A DNA stretch of 64,000 nucleotides, from contig OZ251226.1 of NCBI GenBank assembly GCA_965240325.2, forward strand, positions 3,410,001 to 3,474,000, given 5' to 3'. A program made the position numbers and the translations under genes. The notes under the pieces were generated by a model, which saw only the letters and a program-made list of their open reading frames with translations, did not search any database and was not told where the DNA came from. Origin of the DNA: Rebecca billardiae RCC1528. Lineage: Eukaryota > Protista > Haptophyta. Within the stretch, counting starts at the first letter, position 1. Each line of letters begins with the position of its first letter. Shown here piece by piece: positions 35,205-47,538 of the stretch.

Positions 35205-37226
35205 ATGCACGCCGCGCACGCGCTGGCCGCGCTCGCGCTGTCCCTCACGCACGTGCATGGCGTGCGCCCGAGCACCGCGCTCGGCCAGCCGGCCGCGCTG
35301 CCGCGCCACGCGCGCGCCGCCCCGCGGCAGCTCGCCGCGATGAAGGGCGGCGGCGGCGAGGAGGACAAGAAGCGCGGTCTCGCGCGCGTGCTCGTGCCCG
35401 CGGCCGCGCTCGGCGTGGCCGCGGCGGTGCTGCTCGGCTCGGGGAAGGGGCCGTTCGCGCCGGGGGAGGAGCCCACGACGATCCCGTTCTCGCAGCTCCA
35501 GCGCGAGCTCAAGGCCGGCGAGGTCGCGGGCGCGGTCTTCTCGTCGAGCGAGCGCGAGCTGCTGCTGCGCACGGTCGGCGGCGAGCAGCAGCGGGTGTCG
35601 ATCTTCCCGAGCGCGCAGCAGCCGATCGCGGAGGCGCTGATGGCGAGGGACGTGCCCTTCTCCGTCGCGCCCGCGCCCGGCAAGAGCAGGGCCCTCGAGT
35701 TCGTGCTGATCGCGCTCAACGTCGCGCTGCCCGCCGGGCTGCTCTGGCTGCTGCTGAGCGGCCGCGCGGGCGGCGGCGGCGGCCTCGGCATGCTCAGCCA
35801 GATGGGGCGCTCCAAGTCGGAGCTGCAGCTCGAGCCGGACACGGGCGTCACCTTCGCCGACGTCGCCGGCTGCGACGGCGCCAAGCTCGAGCTGCGCGAG
35901 GTCGTCGAGTTCCTCGCCATGCCCGCCAAGTTTGCAAAGGTGGGCGCGCGCACGCCGCGCGGCGTGATCATGGAGGGCCCGCCCGGCACGGGCAAGACGC
36001 TGCTGGCGCGCGCGGTGGCGGGCGAGGCGGGCGTGCCGTTCATCTCGGCGTCGGGCTCGGAGTTCGTCGAGATGTTCGTCGGCGTGGGCGCCTCGCGCAT
36101 CCGCAGCCTCTTCGCCAAGGCGAAGGGCGCCGCGCCGTGCATCGTCTTCATCGACGAGATCGACGCGATCGGCAAGTCGCGCGGCGGCGGCGGGCCGGGC
36201 GGCGGCGCCAACGACGAGCGCGAGCAGACGCTCAACCAGATCCTGACGGAGATGGACGGGTTCGAGAAGGACACGGGCGTGGTGGTGGTCGCCGCGACCA
36301 ACCGCGCCGACGTGCTCGACGCCGCGCTGCTCCGCCCCGGCCGCTTCGACCGGCGCGTGCCCGTCGACCTGCCCGACCGCGCGGGGCGCGCCTCCATCCT
36401 GGGTGTGCACGCGGCAGACAAGCCGCTCGCGCCCGACGTCTCGCTCGACGCGATCGCGGCGCGCACGACGGGGTTCAGCGGCGCGTCGCTGGCGAACCTG
36501 CTCAACGAGGCGGCGATCGTCACCGCGCGCCGCGACAAGGCCCAGATCTCGATGAGCGAGGTCGAGTACGCGCTCGACCGGCTGACGGTCGGGCTGGAGA
36601 AGTCGACGGGGATGAGCTCGCGCGCGCGCAAGGCGCTGGTGGCGTACCACGAGGCGGGGCACGCGGTGATGGGCGCGCTCACGCCGGGGTTCGACCGGGT
36701 GGGCAAGGTGACGATCGTGCCGCGCACCAACGGCGCGGGCGGCTTCACCCTCTTCGTCCCCTCCGAGGAGCAGCAGGAGTCCGGGCTGTACTCGCGCCGC
36801 TACCTGGAGGCGCAGCTGGCGGTCGCGCTCGGCGGGCGCGTGGCGGAGGAGCTCGTGTTCGGCAGGATGGAGGTGACGACGGGCGCGTCGAGCGACCTGC
36901 AGCGCGTGGCCGACGTGGCGCGGCGGATGGTGACGCAGTGGGGCTTCGCCTCCGACGCGCTCGGCCCGACCGCGTGGGAGGGGCCGCAGGGCACGGGCTT
37001 CAACAGCCCGCAGATGGCGTCCGAGGCCACGCAGGCGCGCATCGACGCAGAGGTGCGCGCCGTCGTGGCGCAGGCGTACGCTGTGGTGAACGCGACGCTC
37101 ACGGCGAACCGCGCGCTGCTCGACGAGCTCGCGGAGCAGCTGATCGAGCGGGAGACGATCGGCTTCGACGAGCTGCAGCAGCTCGTCGACAAGCACGGCG
37201 CACAGCTCAACTCGCCCGCGGCGTGA
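35205..37226 (+). CDS. ftsH: ATP-dependent zinc metalloprotease FtsH, probably plastid-targeted
   Basis: Signal peptide, two TM segments, [39 protein letters not shown]. Confidence 0.97.
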   Translation: MHAAHALAALALSLTHVHGVRPSTALGQPAALPRHARAAPRQLAAMKGGGGEEDKKRGLARVLVPAAALGVAAAVLLGSGKGPFAPGEEPTTIPFSQLQRELKAGEVAGAVFSSSERELLLRTVGGEQQRVSIFPSAQQPIAEALMARDVPFSVAPAPGKSRALEFVLIALNVALPAGLLWLLLSGRAGGGGGLGMLSQMGRSKSELQLEPDTGVTFADVAGCDGAKLELREVVEFLAMPAKFAKVGARTPRGVIMEGPPGTGKTLLARAVAGEAGVPFISASGSEFVEMFVGVGASRIRSLFAKAKGAAPCIVFIDEIDAIGKSRGGGGPGGGANDEREQTLNQILTEMDGFEKDTGVVVVAATNRADVLDAALLRPGRFDRRVPVDLPDRAGRASILGVHAADKPLAPDVSLDAIAARTTGFSGASLANLLNEAAIVTARRDKAQISMSEVEYALDRLTVGLEKSTGMSSRARKALVAYHEAGHAVMGALTPGFDRVGKVTIVPRTNGAGGFTLFVPSEEQQESGLYSRRYLEAQLAVALGGRVAEELVFGRMEVTTGASSDLQRVADVARRMVTQWGFASDALGPTAWEGPQGTGFNSPQMASEATQARIDAEVRAVVAQAYAVVNATLTANRALLDELAEQLIERETIGFDELQQLVDKHGAQLNSPAA

Positions 37227-37949
37227 GGAGCGCGCAGGAGCGGATGCACACTCATGCACAGCCGTGGCCTCAGCGCGGCGCGCCGGGCCGTGCGGCCGCG
37301 AGCATCCGCGCCGCATCCGCCCGCCTCCGGCGAGCCACGCCGCGCGCACCGCTCACTGCTGCCCAGGCCTGCCGTCGGATCATCATCCGGACGCGACGCC
37401 CCGCGGCGGCGGCATGCACTGGGCACGGCATCCGCCCGGAACTGTGACGACGACGTCTGGCGACGTCTATCGTCTCGTCGTCGGATGAATATCGCGCGCA
37501 CTCTGACAGAGCGCAGCCGATGACGACGGCGAATCGGAATTCGTCAGCGCATATATCACCGCGCTTCGTCTGCGCAAATAGCGGCGCAGACGAATCATCA
37601 GAATACATCAGCAGCAGTCATCAGCGTGAGCGTGACACGCCGTGACGGGCGTGACTGCTGAGCGCCGTTGCGGCACATACAGCGAGACGGCCTGATGACG
37701 CCTGACGGAGAGAGTGACGGCTGTGAGTGTGACGGTGACGGTCACACGGAGCGCGCCCGCAGCCATCGGCCAGTGCTGTGGCCGGGCCGAGTGCGCAGCC
37801 TGCGCTGCGCTGGCCGCTCGACTACATTGCCATATGGCGGCTGCCGGCGAGCGCGTGCGCGAGCGGCCGTGCGCTGCCTCAGCCGGGCCCTCCCGCTCCG
37901 AGGGTGAGCGTGCGCCTCAGCCGGGCCTCAGCCGGGCCTCAGCCGGGCC

Positions 37950-39548
37950 TCAGCCGGGCACGATCTCGTCCGGGTCGACCGGTCGGTCGAGGTTGAGCTC
38001 GCGCAGCCTGCGCTCCTGGTAGTACTCCTTGCTCGGGTTGAGCTCGCGCTCGGCGCGGAACCACGCGAGCGTGTCGCGCAGCGCCGCGCGCTCGGCGATG
38101 CGCAGCTGCGCCATCCGCGCGGCGCGCGAGCCGTCCGCGGCCGCGGCCGCGGCCGCGTCGGCGTCGTCGTCGCCGCGGATGGCGCCGAGCGCGGCCTCAC
38201 ACGTGGCGATCGTGCGGTCGATGGCCGCGTCCTCGTTGTTGGGCGAGAAGGGCTGGTCCAGGTGGTACTCCCAGCAGTCGTTGAGGAACACCGCCTCGAG
38301 GATGAACGCGTCCGCCCCTGCGCAGCCCAGCCCGGCACACCACACCCCAGCCGCAGCACACGCAGGCGCACCGCAGCTCATCAGGCGGGGCCGGCGCGCG
38401 CCCAGCGGAGGCGGGGCGCGGGCAGGCGCGGAGGGCGGCGCGGAGGGCGGCGGCGGCGCACCCTCGAGCGCCACGACGCGCATGTACTTGAGCAGGTCGT
38501 CCCGGCTCAGCTTGCCCGCGCGCAGCGTCCACAGCTGCGAGGCCGACAGCCCCGCCCCCTGCAGCACGGCGCCCTTGTCCTCGGCCAGCGGGTCTGCCGC
38601 CTCCACGCGCAGCCGCAGCTCGCACTCGGCAGGCACGCGCTCGGGGAGGAGGCCCTGCGCCTCGAGGAGCTCGGAGGGGGTCGCGTCGATGCCGATGGCG
38701 AGCGCGTCGCCGCTGATCGCCCCCTCCTTCGCGAGCAGCACCGCCGCCGCCGTCTTGGGCCCGAAGAGGCCGCCCCCCTGCCTGCGCGCCACCTCGACGC
38801 GCCCTGCGGCCGCGCCGCCCAGCACGCGCCCCACCTCTGAGAGGCCGGGCACGAGGGCGAGCGCGTCGTCGAGCCGGACGGCGCGGGAGAGGGCGATGGC
38901 GTACGCCCAGCGGAAGCGCTCCGCGCTGAACACCTCCGCGGGGAACAGGTCGGGCGCCGCGCCGAACGCGCTCTGCTGCAGCCACGCAAAGTCCGCCTCC
39001 ACCGCGGCCACCGACGCGCTGAACGGGAGCGTCGTCGACTCGGCGAGCTCGCGCTGCTCGTCGGCGGACCAGAGGAGCGGCAGGTCGAGCTCGGCCGAGC
39101 CCGGCTGCGGCAGCGCCGCGACGTACCCCGCGAGCCGCGAGTCCCCCTGCAGGAACAGCTCGTGCAGCAGCGCGAGCGCGATGGCGGCGTGCTCGCCCGC
39201 CTCCATCGGCCAGCCGTCGATGAACGAGCCGACGACGTTGGCGCGGAGGGACTGCTCGCTCAGGTGCAGCTCGGCGGGCACGCTGAGCAACGTCTCGCCC
39301 GGCCGCACGTCGCGCGCGCACACCAGCCGCCCGTCCGCCTCGCGCGCGCTCAGCGCCGCCGTGTCGACGCCCTTGGCCTGCAGGAAGGCCAGACACCCGC
39401 CCGACGCCCCGCCCGCGCCGGAGAGCGAGGGGGCGGCGCGCGCGGCGCGCCGCGCCGCGCCGAGGCGGGAGCGCGGCGCATCGAGCCGGAGCGCCGAGGC
39501 CGAGGCGCTCAAGGCCGCCACCAGCGCCAGCGCGGCGCACGCGCGCAT
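37950..39548 (-). CDS. SET-domain Rubisco LSMT-like protein, plastid-targeted; intron 38318-38461
   Basis: Signal peptide MRACAALALVAALSASASA; RDVRPGETLLSVP, YVAALP, PLLWS, FRWAYAIALSRA, G|ADAFILEAVF, PFSPNNE, EYYQERRLRELNL (LSMT-like C-terminus). Confidence 0.85.
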   Translation of the reverse strand: MRACAALALVAALSASASALRLDAPRSRLGAARRAARAAPSLSGAGGASGGCLAFLQAKGVDTAALSAREADGRLVCARDVRPGETLLSVPAELHLSEQSLRANVVGSFIDGWPMEAGEHAAIALALLHELFLQGDSRLAGYVAALPQPGSAELDLPLLWSADEQRELAESTTLPFSASVAAVEADFAWLQQSAFGAAPDLFPAEVFSAERFRWAYAIALSRAVRLDDALALVPGLSEVGRVLGGAAAGRVEVARRQGGGLFGPKTAAAVLLAKEGAISGDALAIGIDATPSELLEAQGLLPERVPAECELRLRVEAADPLAEDKGAVLQGAGLSASQLWTLRAGKLSRDDLLKYMRVVALEGAPPPPSAPPSAPARAPPPLGARRPRLMSCGAPACAAAGVWCAGLGCAGADAFILEAVFLNDCWEYHLDQPFSPNNEDAAIDRTIATCEAALGAIRGDDDADAAAAAAADGSRAARMAQLRIAERAALRDTLAWFRAERELNPSKEYYQERRLRELNLDRPVDPDEIVPG

Positions 39549-40033
39549 CGCGTGCCCACGAGCAGGCGGCGGCGTGGCCGACGATGATCGACGCCGATGA
39601 TGAATGACGCTGCTATGTGCGACCGGGTGACCGACGCTGACTCCCGGACCGGCCGGAGACGGGGCCCCGCGCAGGCGAGCACGCGCATGCATTCGTCTAC
39701 GGTCCGTATGATACAGTCAGTACTGGTAGTGCGCGACTCATTCTCCGACGGCGCTCAGTGGTCGGTCAGGGGCAGACGGTCCGCTAGCAGACTCCCGCTC
39801 CGCGAAGCTGCTACGCTGACGATAATGCTGCCTGTCATTGCTGGACGGACTCTGCAGAGACAGATCATATGACCATCAGCGCCGCCGCGGCGCCGCCCGT
39901 GCCATCGCACGCCGACCGTGCGACCACTGCGACCGTGCACCTCGGCACGCGCTGCCCGGCTGCCTCGGTGAGGGGCATGCGTGCAGAGCTGCTGCCAGCG
40001 TGCACAACCCAGGGCCAGCGCGCAGGCGGCCGC

Positions 40034-41465
40034 TCACTGCCAGGGTCCGACCGGCTTGCGCTTCTTCCGGGGGCGGCCGCCCTCCTGCTGCGCGCCCTCG
40101 ACGGCGGCGGCGGCGATGAGCTCCTCGCGCACGGCGTTGGCGCCGCTCAGCACGACGTACGCCTGTGCACGCACGCACGCACGCACGCACGCACACGCAC
40201 GCACGCACGCACGCACACGCACACGCACGCACGCACGCACACGCACACGCACGCACGCACGCACACGCACACGCACGCACGCACGCACACGCGCACGCAC
40301 ACGCACACGCGCACGCGCGGCACGGGGGCAGTAAGAGCGCGCGCGCATTGCGCGTGGCCCCGCGCGGCCGCGCCCTCGGTGGCTGGTGCCGCCGGCGCGC
40401 ACCTCGTGCGTCTTCTCCTGCACCTTTGCGAGCGTGCCCATCATCGCGAGCGGCGTGTCCTGGTTGGCGGCCTTGGCGATGCGCTGCTCCTCCTCGTACT
40501 TGCGCATGCGCTTCTCGAGCTTCTTGCGGCCTGCGCACACACAGCGCAGGGGGAGGGGCGGCGCGTGAGCACGGGGACGCCGCCGCGCTGCGTGCAGCAC
40601 GCACCCACACACACACAGACACGCACCGGGCCCGAAGCCGTGGAACTTGTAGCACTGGCGGCGGAACGCCTCCTTGGCGGTCATCGGCCGCCCGTACTCG
40701 TCGAGGTACTGCAGCTGCACGCGCTCGCCCAGCGCCTCGTCGTCGCCCTCGCGCAGGTGCATGCCCGAGCCCTTCAGGTCGTTCGCACGCCCGACCGCCC
40801 CGTCGAGCTGGCCGCCGCCGCCGCCGATCATCCCGCGCGAGCGCGCGAGGTCGAGCGCGGCGGCCACGCCCCCGGCCGCGTTGTGCCGCTCGACGAGGAA
40901 GGCGTCCTCCTCCTCGGACTCGTCGTCCTCCTCCTCGCCCTCGGCCTCGGCCTCCTCGCCGGCCCCGTGTGCCGCCGCCTCGCGCATCTCCTCGTCGCCC
41001 GAGCCCTCCGCGCCGCGCGCGCGCTCCTGCGCCGGGGCGGCGCCGCTCGGGTTGGCCGGCCGCTTGCCCGGCGCGCCGGCGCGCGCGCGCCGTGCCGCCT
41101 CGCCCTCGCCGGCGGCGCGCTGCTTGCGCTCGGCCGTGGCGAGGCGCAGCCGCTCGGACGGGAGCTGCGAGTCCACCGCCGTGCGCCCCGCGAGCCCGCC
41201 GAGAAACTCGCTCGCCTCCGTGAAGACAACCGACTCAGCCTCCGCGCCCGCGCCCGCGCCCGGCGCAGCGCTGCCGTCCGCGCCGCTGCCGGCGGCGGCG
41301 GGCCGCGCGGCGGCGCCCGCGCGGCCGAGCACCTGCTGTGTGGGCTGGGCCGAGGCGGAGACGCCCATCGAGCCCTCCGCCTCGTCCGCATGGCCCATCT
41401 GCGCGTCGCCGTCGCCGTCCTCCGCGCGCGCGCGCCGCTGCAGCAGGCTGGCGGCCACAGCCGCA

Positions 41466-41506
<41 letters not shown>

Positions 41507-43054
41507 CGCCGGCGGCGGCGGCGCGGCGAGGCGGCGCACGCGCGCGAGTGCGCTGTACAGCTCGGCGTCCACCTCGGCATTCTCCTCCTCCTCCTCCCCG
41601 CCCGCCGCGCCGTGCGCGTCCAGCCCGCTCGCGCGCGGCTGCGGCTTGGCCAGCGCAGCCTGCAGCGCCGCGAGGCGCGCGCCCGCGTCGCGCGGCGCGG
41701 CGCGCGGCGGCGGCGGCGGCATGTCGGGTGGCGGCACGTCGGGTGCGCCGGCGGGCTCGGGCTGGCCGAGGAGCACCGAGCGCGCCGCCTCGTTCGCCGA
41801 GGCGAGCGCACGCTCATACCGCCCCGCCCGCTCGCTCGCGCGCTCCCCGTCCGCCGCCTGCAGCCTGTGCGCGCGCTCGGAGCGCTGCGCGGCGCTGCCG
41901 TGGTCGCGGCAGCCGCCGTCCGCGCCCCGCTGCGCGCCGGCCGCCGCGCCGTCCGGCTGCAGCTCGAGGAGCTCGGCTGCGAGAGCGCCCTCCTTCTTCT
42001 TCTTGCGCAGCTTCTTCTGCTTGCCGCCCGCCCGCGAGCGGAACGCCGCCTCCCTCGCCTCCACCTCCGCGCGGCTCTCGTAGTCGCCGCCTCCGCCTCC
42101 GCCGCCGCCTCCGCCTCCGCCTCCGCCTCCGCCCGTCTGCAGCCCGCTGTGCAGCCCGCTGGGGCCGAGCCCGCCGTCCTCGTCAGCGCGCCAGCCGGGG
42201 GCGGCGCTGTAGGCGGAGAGGTCGTACGCGCTCTTGCCGTCGGCCTTGGCGGCGAGGCGCGAGCGCACCGCCTCCTCCCTGCGCATCCGCTCCGCGTCGT
42301 GCCCGCCGCCCGCGTCCAGCGTGAGCCCCTTCCTGCCCGGCTGCTCGTCGTACTTGTGCAGCAGCGAGCGGCGGTCTCCGAACTCGTCCACCTCGCGCGA
42401 GAGGCCGCCGACGAGGGCGTCCTCGCGCGCGCGGGTGCGCCGCCAGTCCTCGGACATGTTGACGTTCTCGAGCGTGTCCTCGCCATCCTCGAGCACGCCG
42501 CGGTCCTCCAGCGTCAGCACCACCTCCTGGCCGCGCCCGAACTCGGTCGCCTCGTGCGCCACGCGCATGCCGTCTAGCTCCGCAGACGCAGCGGCCGCGG
42601 CGAGCTCGTCCTGCTCGGCGAAGCGCGCGTCGAGGGCGCGCGCGCCGGCGGCGCCGGCGGCGCCGCCGCCACCCTTCGGCCCCGCGCCCTTGCCGCCCGC
42701 GCGCGGCTGCCCCGCCGCGCGCCGCTCCTTCTTGCGCTGCGCGGCCGCCTGCTCGCGCGTGAGCTGCTGCACGCGCGAGTGCTGCACCCAGCCGAGCGCA
42801 GAGTCGTCGGGGAGCTCGGCGGCGAGCTGCTCGCCGAGCGACTTGCCGCCAAGCTTCTCGTGCAGCGTGCGCTTCCGCTTCGCGTCCTCGAGCTTCGCGC
42901 GCAGCGCCTCCGCGTCCGCCGCCTTGGCGTTCGCGGCCGCCTGCTGCTCGGCCGCCTTCTTGTCCTCGCCGCTCGTGTCGCGCAGCGGCTTGAGGCCGAG
43001 CTTCTCGCGCAGCCGGTTGGTCTCCTCGATCGAGAGCGCGATCTCCTCCGACAT
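40034..43054 (-). CDS. SART1: U4/U6.U5 tri-snRNP protein SART1/Snu66; introns 40531-40626 and 40163-40402
   Basis: HIND motif [18 protein letters not shown]; [11 protein letters not shown]; LLHKYDE; [24 protein letters not shown]|RKKLEKR. Confidence 0.93.
40166..40320. repeat. (GCAC)n/(GCACAC)n microsatellite inside the SART1 intron
   Basis: Directly visible. Confidence 0.85.
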
Positions 43055-43247
43055 GGCGCGCGGTCAAGCGGGCCGCCCTCGCGCCAGCGCTGCACGGTGT
43101 GCCGAGGACGTCCGCGCCAAGGGGCGGAGGCTGGCCGATGGAGCCGCTCTTGATCACTCTGGTGAGCAGCGGCGCGCGCGAGCCCAGCTCAGTTCAGAGT
43201 CTGGGTAGACGTCTCGACCCGGACTGCCGCACAGCACGCACTTGTCG

Positions 43248-44263
43248 ATGCGACGATCGGGCGCGGCCATCGCCCTGCTCGCGTGCGTGCTCCCGTGCGC
43301 AGCGCCCGTCGAGCACGTCGTCCGTCTGAGCGGCCCGTCCCGCGGCTCCATCGGCATGTCCGCCGCCGCCCGCCCCGCGCGCGTCATCTTCATGCACGGC
43401 CTCGGCGACACGCCCGCCGGCTGGCGCGGCGAGCTCACGCACGCGTTCAGGGAGCGTCTGCCGCACGTGCAGTGGAGCCTGCCCGAGGCGCCGCAGGCGC
43501 CGGTGACGTGCAACGGCGGGATGGTGATGACGTCGTGGATGGACCTGCACGCCATCCCCGTCGACGCCAGCGCGTACGACGACGAGCCCACCCTCGACTC
43601 CTCCGTCCGGCTCGTGCACGCTGAGATTGATCGCGCGCGCGAGAGCGGCGTGCCCGCCGAGCGCATCGTCGTCGGCGGGTTCAGCCAGGGCGGCGCGATG
43701 GCGTGGCTCGCGACGCTGCGCTACCCGCATCGCCTCGCCGGCTGCGCCATGTTCAGCGGCTGGGCGCCCCTCGCGAGCAAGCTCGACATCGCCTCGAGCG
43801 CCAACGGCAAGACGGTGCGCGCTGCCGCTGCAGCTGCGGCCGCTGCTGCTGCTGCTGCGCACGCAGACAGACACACAGGCAGACACACAGGCAGGTAGAC
43901 ACACAGGCAGGCAGGCAGGCAGGCAGGCAGACAGGCAGACAGACGCGCTGCACGCACGGGCGCGCCGCGCCGCGCGCGCGCGCGCCTCACGCGCCGCCGC
44001 CCTCCCGTGGCGCGCTGCCTGCGCCCCTGCGCCCCTGCGCCCCTGCGCCCCTGCGCCCCTGCGCCCCCCACCAGCCCTTCTTCCTCGGGCACGGCACGGC
44101 GGACGGCGTGGTGCTGCCCGAGTGCTCGCGCAAGGCGCACGCGGCGCTCACCAACGCGGACGCGCCCGTGCGGCTCGAGCTGTACCCCAACATGGCGCAC
44201 TCCTCGTGCGCCAAGGAGATGGCGGACCTCGGCGACTTCCTCGAGGAGGTGCTGCCGCCCTGA
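43248..44263 (+). CDS. Acyl-protein thioesterase/lysophospholipase (phospholipase/carboxylesterase family); intron 43815-44074
   Basis: VIFMHGLGD, PVTCNGGMVMTSWMD, GGFSQGG, KT|PFFLGHGTADGVV, MAHSS (Ser-Asp-His triad); alternative start at 43356. Confidence 0.92.
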
Positions 44264-44947
44264 GCAGGGGTGGCGCGGAGGGCGCGCGCGGCGCAGCCCA
44301 GCGTGCTGCTCGCGCTCGGCTGTTGGCACCGCTGTCCGCTGCCGCAACAGGGGCCAAGTCTGGTGCTGACTGGCGCCTGCCAGCCTCGGACTCGGACGCG
44401 CCGGCCGGCCGCAGCGTGCCGTTCATCATGCTCTTCCGGGCGGCGCCGCGACGGGGTCTTCATCCGCCCGGCCGCGGCCGCCCGGCCGCGGCCGCCCGGC
44501 CGCCCGCCCCCGGCCCGGGCCCGGCGTCGGGCCCAGACGGGCCACGGAGGCCAGACACTGGCACTGTCAATAGGGGGTCCATGACAGCAGCCCATTGATT
44601 TGTGATTTTCTTCAACCATGCGATTTAGGTGTCTGACGAGCGTGGCGCTTGCGGAGTCACTTACAGCAAATATGTCCCATCCAGCCCAGCCGTTGGAAGC
44701 ACTCAAACCCGACTCCGAGCGCCGTCGCGCGGTCGACGTCAATCACGACACGCTGTCATTGGCATGGGATATAATCATTGGCGAGTGATCATTGACAGCC
44801 CCCAGTGCACATCGGCAGTCGTCGTATGTATATATATGCAGCATATATATATACTAAGGTACTCGGTAGCGACCAGCCACCGGCACCAGGCCCGGATCAC
44901 GCGCGCACGGCACGGCAGCAGGCGGATGCACAGGCGCGCCGCCAGGG

Positions 44948-46189
44948 TCACAACTTCTTGATGATCTGCACGACGTCCTCGTCCTGCAGCACGTGGTCCC
45001 GCCCCACCATCCCCGGGTTGTGCTTGACCGACGTGCCCCACACGAGCGCGTGCTTGAAGTCGGAGAGCAGCGCCTTGTGGATCTTGGTGATGAACTTCTC
45101 GACGGTCGGCTTGTCGTACCCGGAGAGGATCACCGGCGACTCGTAGTCGGGCATCTGGCCCTTCGGCTTGGTGTACACGCGCACAAGGTTGAGGTACTCC
45201 CAGATCTTGTCGAGCAGACCGTCGAGGTTCCACTTGAGGTGCGCCGAGATCGGGCAGTAGTGCGGGCACTGGTCGAGGATCTGCGCCGCGCAGCGCCGCA
45301 CGCAAAGCGCGAGCGCGCATGGGAGGGCGGGCGCGCGCGCATCGGCGCGCGCGAGCCACGCGCGCGCGGCGCGCGGGGGCGCTGGGCTCGGGCGCGGGCG
45401 GCGCACCTCGAGCTCCTCGAGCGAGATCGCGTCGAGCTTGTTGAGCACGTACACGCACGGCATGTACACGCGGTTCCCCTCGATCACGTCGATGAGCTGC
45501 TCGCCCGTGCAGTCCTCGTGCAAGATCACGTCCGCGTTGGTGATGCGGTACTCCTGCAGGATCACGCGCGCGACCTGCTGGTCGAGGTACTTGGGCTCGC
45601 CCTTGAAGGTCTGCGAGAGCGTCACGCCGCCCTTCTCCTTCCGCCGGAACGTGATCGCCGGCGGCTTCTGGTTCAGCCGGATCCCGAACCCCTCGAGCTC
45701 CTTCTCAATGATGGGCTTGTGGTTCATCGACTTGACCGCGTCCAGCACCACGAGGATCATCGTGCACGTGCGCGCGGTGGCGATGACCTGCCGCCCGCGG
45801 CCGCGGCCGTCCTTCGCGCCCTCGACGATCCCGGGCAGGTCGAGCATCTGGATCTTCGCGCCGCGGTGCCGGATCACGCCGGGGATGCACGTGAGCGTCG
45901 TGAACTCGTACGACGCGACCTCCGAGTACGTGTCCGTCATCGTGGAGAGGAGGGTGGACTTGCCGACGGAGGGGAAGCCGACGAGGCCGACGCGCGCGTC
46001 GCCGGTCTTCTTCACCTCGAACCCGTCGCCGCCGCCGCCGCCGCCGCCCGAGGCGTTCAGGTCGAGCAGGTCGCGCTTGTACTTTGCGAGCTTGGCCTTG
46101 AGCTGCATGATGTGCGACATGGTCGCCTTGTTCTTCTGCGTGCGGCCCAGCTCGGCCTCGATGTCCTTGATCTTGTCGAGGGTCGACAT
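44948..46189 (-). CDS. DRG1: Developmentally regulated GTP-binding protein 1 (DRG1/Rbg1); in-frame intron 45281-45406
   Basis: [51 protein letters not shown] tail [15 protein letters not shown]. Confidence 0.96.
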   Translation of the reverse strand: MSTLDKIKDIEAELGRTQKNKATMSHIMQLKAKLAKYKRDLLDLNASGGGGGGGDGFEVKKTGDARVGLVGFPSVGKSTLLSTMTDTYSEVASYEFTTLTCIPGVIRHRGAKIQMLDLPGIVEGAKDGRGRGRQVIATARTCTMILVVLDAVKSMNHKPIIEKELEGFGIRLNQKPPAITFRRKEKGGVTLSQTFKGEPKYLDQQVARVILQEYRITNADVILHEDCTGEQLIDVIEGNRVYMPCVYVLNKLDAISLEELEVRRPRPSPAPPRAARAWLARADARAPALPCALALCVRRCAAQILDQCPHYCPISAHLKWNLDGLLDKIWEYLNLVRVYTKPKGQMPDYESPVILSGYDKPTVEKFITKIHKALLSDFKHALVWGTSVKHNPGMVGRDHVLQDEDVVQIIKKL

Positions 46190-46782
46190 GGCGCCTGCCG
46201 ATGCGCACGGGCTGCCCCCGTGCCGCGCTCACCGCCACCCTCCTTCCCGGCAAAGCCGCGCGCCGCGTCGGCACTGGGCACGCAGCACGCGATGGCGCCT
46301 TCCCCAGAATCCCAGTCCGGTGCTCTCCGGTCGGCAGTAGTGAGTCGGGATTGCCGGCAGCAGTCTGCGCGTCTGGCGCGAGCCAAGGGTCGAGCATGGC
46401 GGAGTCAGGTGCTTGGCGTAACGCTAGACACTCCCGCTTGCGCCAGCGGTACGGTGCAGTCGGTCCGCGGTCGTTAATCACCTGGCACCGGCACACGCGC
46501 GGCGCTCCGCTTTCCGCTGCCGGCGGATTGCGGCCCCTCAAGTGCGGGCTGTTCAGTGCAGCACGGCTTGGCCTCATGTAGTCATGTCGCGCCAGAGTGC
46601 GCTCAGCTCATGAGTGCGCGCCTCTGACCGAGCGCGGGGCGGCGGTTCTGTCTCAGCCGCCCAACGCCCGACGACACGTGAGCCGTGCGGTGCCATTCGT
46701 GCGCGGGCCCGAGTCACCGCTCACCTGCGTGTCGGACTGATTAGACCGCTACGGTTTGATGCCTTCACGACTGTGTGGACAG

Positions 46783-46890
46783 CGCAGGTATGACGGCGGC
46801 GCAGGTCTCCTGATTTGGCAGCGGCAGTGCGTGCGCGATCGTCAACAAGTCGGCGTTGGTGGCAGAGCACTGCCCGCTCTGCGATCGAAC
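46783..46890 (-). mobile_element. Diverged fragment related to the retroelement 3'-end family
   Basis: GCAGGTCTCCTGATT..GCGGCAGTG..GATCGTC..AAGTCGGCGTTGGTGGCAGAGCA is shared with 47435-47520. Confidence 0.6.
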
Positions 46891-47405
46891 AACATGAGCG
46901 CGGCTTGAGCTGCCCTGTCAGCGAGTAGCCGGCTAGCCGCGTCGGACACGGATGTCAAACCTGACCGCGCCGCGGGACCCCGCGGCCTGGGGCCGCCTGG
47001 GCTGGCTGGGAACCGTGCGCCGCTTCGTTGTGCGTGGCCTCGCATGGTCCATGGACCTGCCGTGCCCCAGTCAGATGTCAGATGGCAGTCTACCGCTGGT
47101 AGCAGCTGGTCCAGCCGTCCCGGGCGTCCCCGTGCGCGGTGCGCCCTTGGCGGCTTGGCCGTTTACGCGCTTTAGCCCGGCTCGGTCTTAGGTCGCTGTC
47201 GTCGGTGACTCGGTGTGTTGTGTCGTCGGTCCGTTTATTCTCATAACATTGATAACGGCGGTGTCTTTTTGGCCGTTGCCAAACTGTCCCGGCCTCGCAG
47301 GCGGAAGGCTGAATGAATCTTCTTCTGGCGACGGCGCGACCATTGCGGTGACGACGGCTTCATGGGCGGTGACAGTTGGCGTGTGTCAATCTCGCCTGCC
47401 CAGGC

Positions 47406-47538
47406 CCCCAGGACCCATTCTATGATTTAACGGCACAGGTAGGACGACGCGGGTCTCCTGATTCGTCGGCGGCAGTGCCCGATCGTCGACACGAAGTCGG
47501 CGTTGGTGGCAGAGCATAGCCTGCACCGCGATCAGTCA
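47406..47538 (-). mobile_element. Short insertion resembling the LINE 3' end, flanked by CCAGGC duplication, inside a copy of the 40-bp repeat
   Basis: ATTCTATGATTTAA..CACAGG..TCTCCTGATTCGTC matches 50587-50637; CCAGGC at 47400-47405 and 47539-47544. Confidence 0.7.

Noticed and set aside
37915-37958. (CCTCAGCCGGG)4 repeat overlapping the LSMT-like stop codon as a readthrough signal
   Set aside because: Most simply a slippage duplication of the stop region; no supporting downstream frame
38318-45406. Enrichment of in-frame stop-free introns as a regulated retention system
   Set aside because: 4 of 12 introns being multiples of three is the chance expectation, and stop-free is expected at this GC
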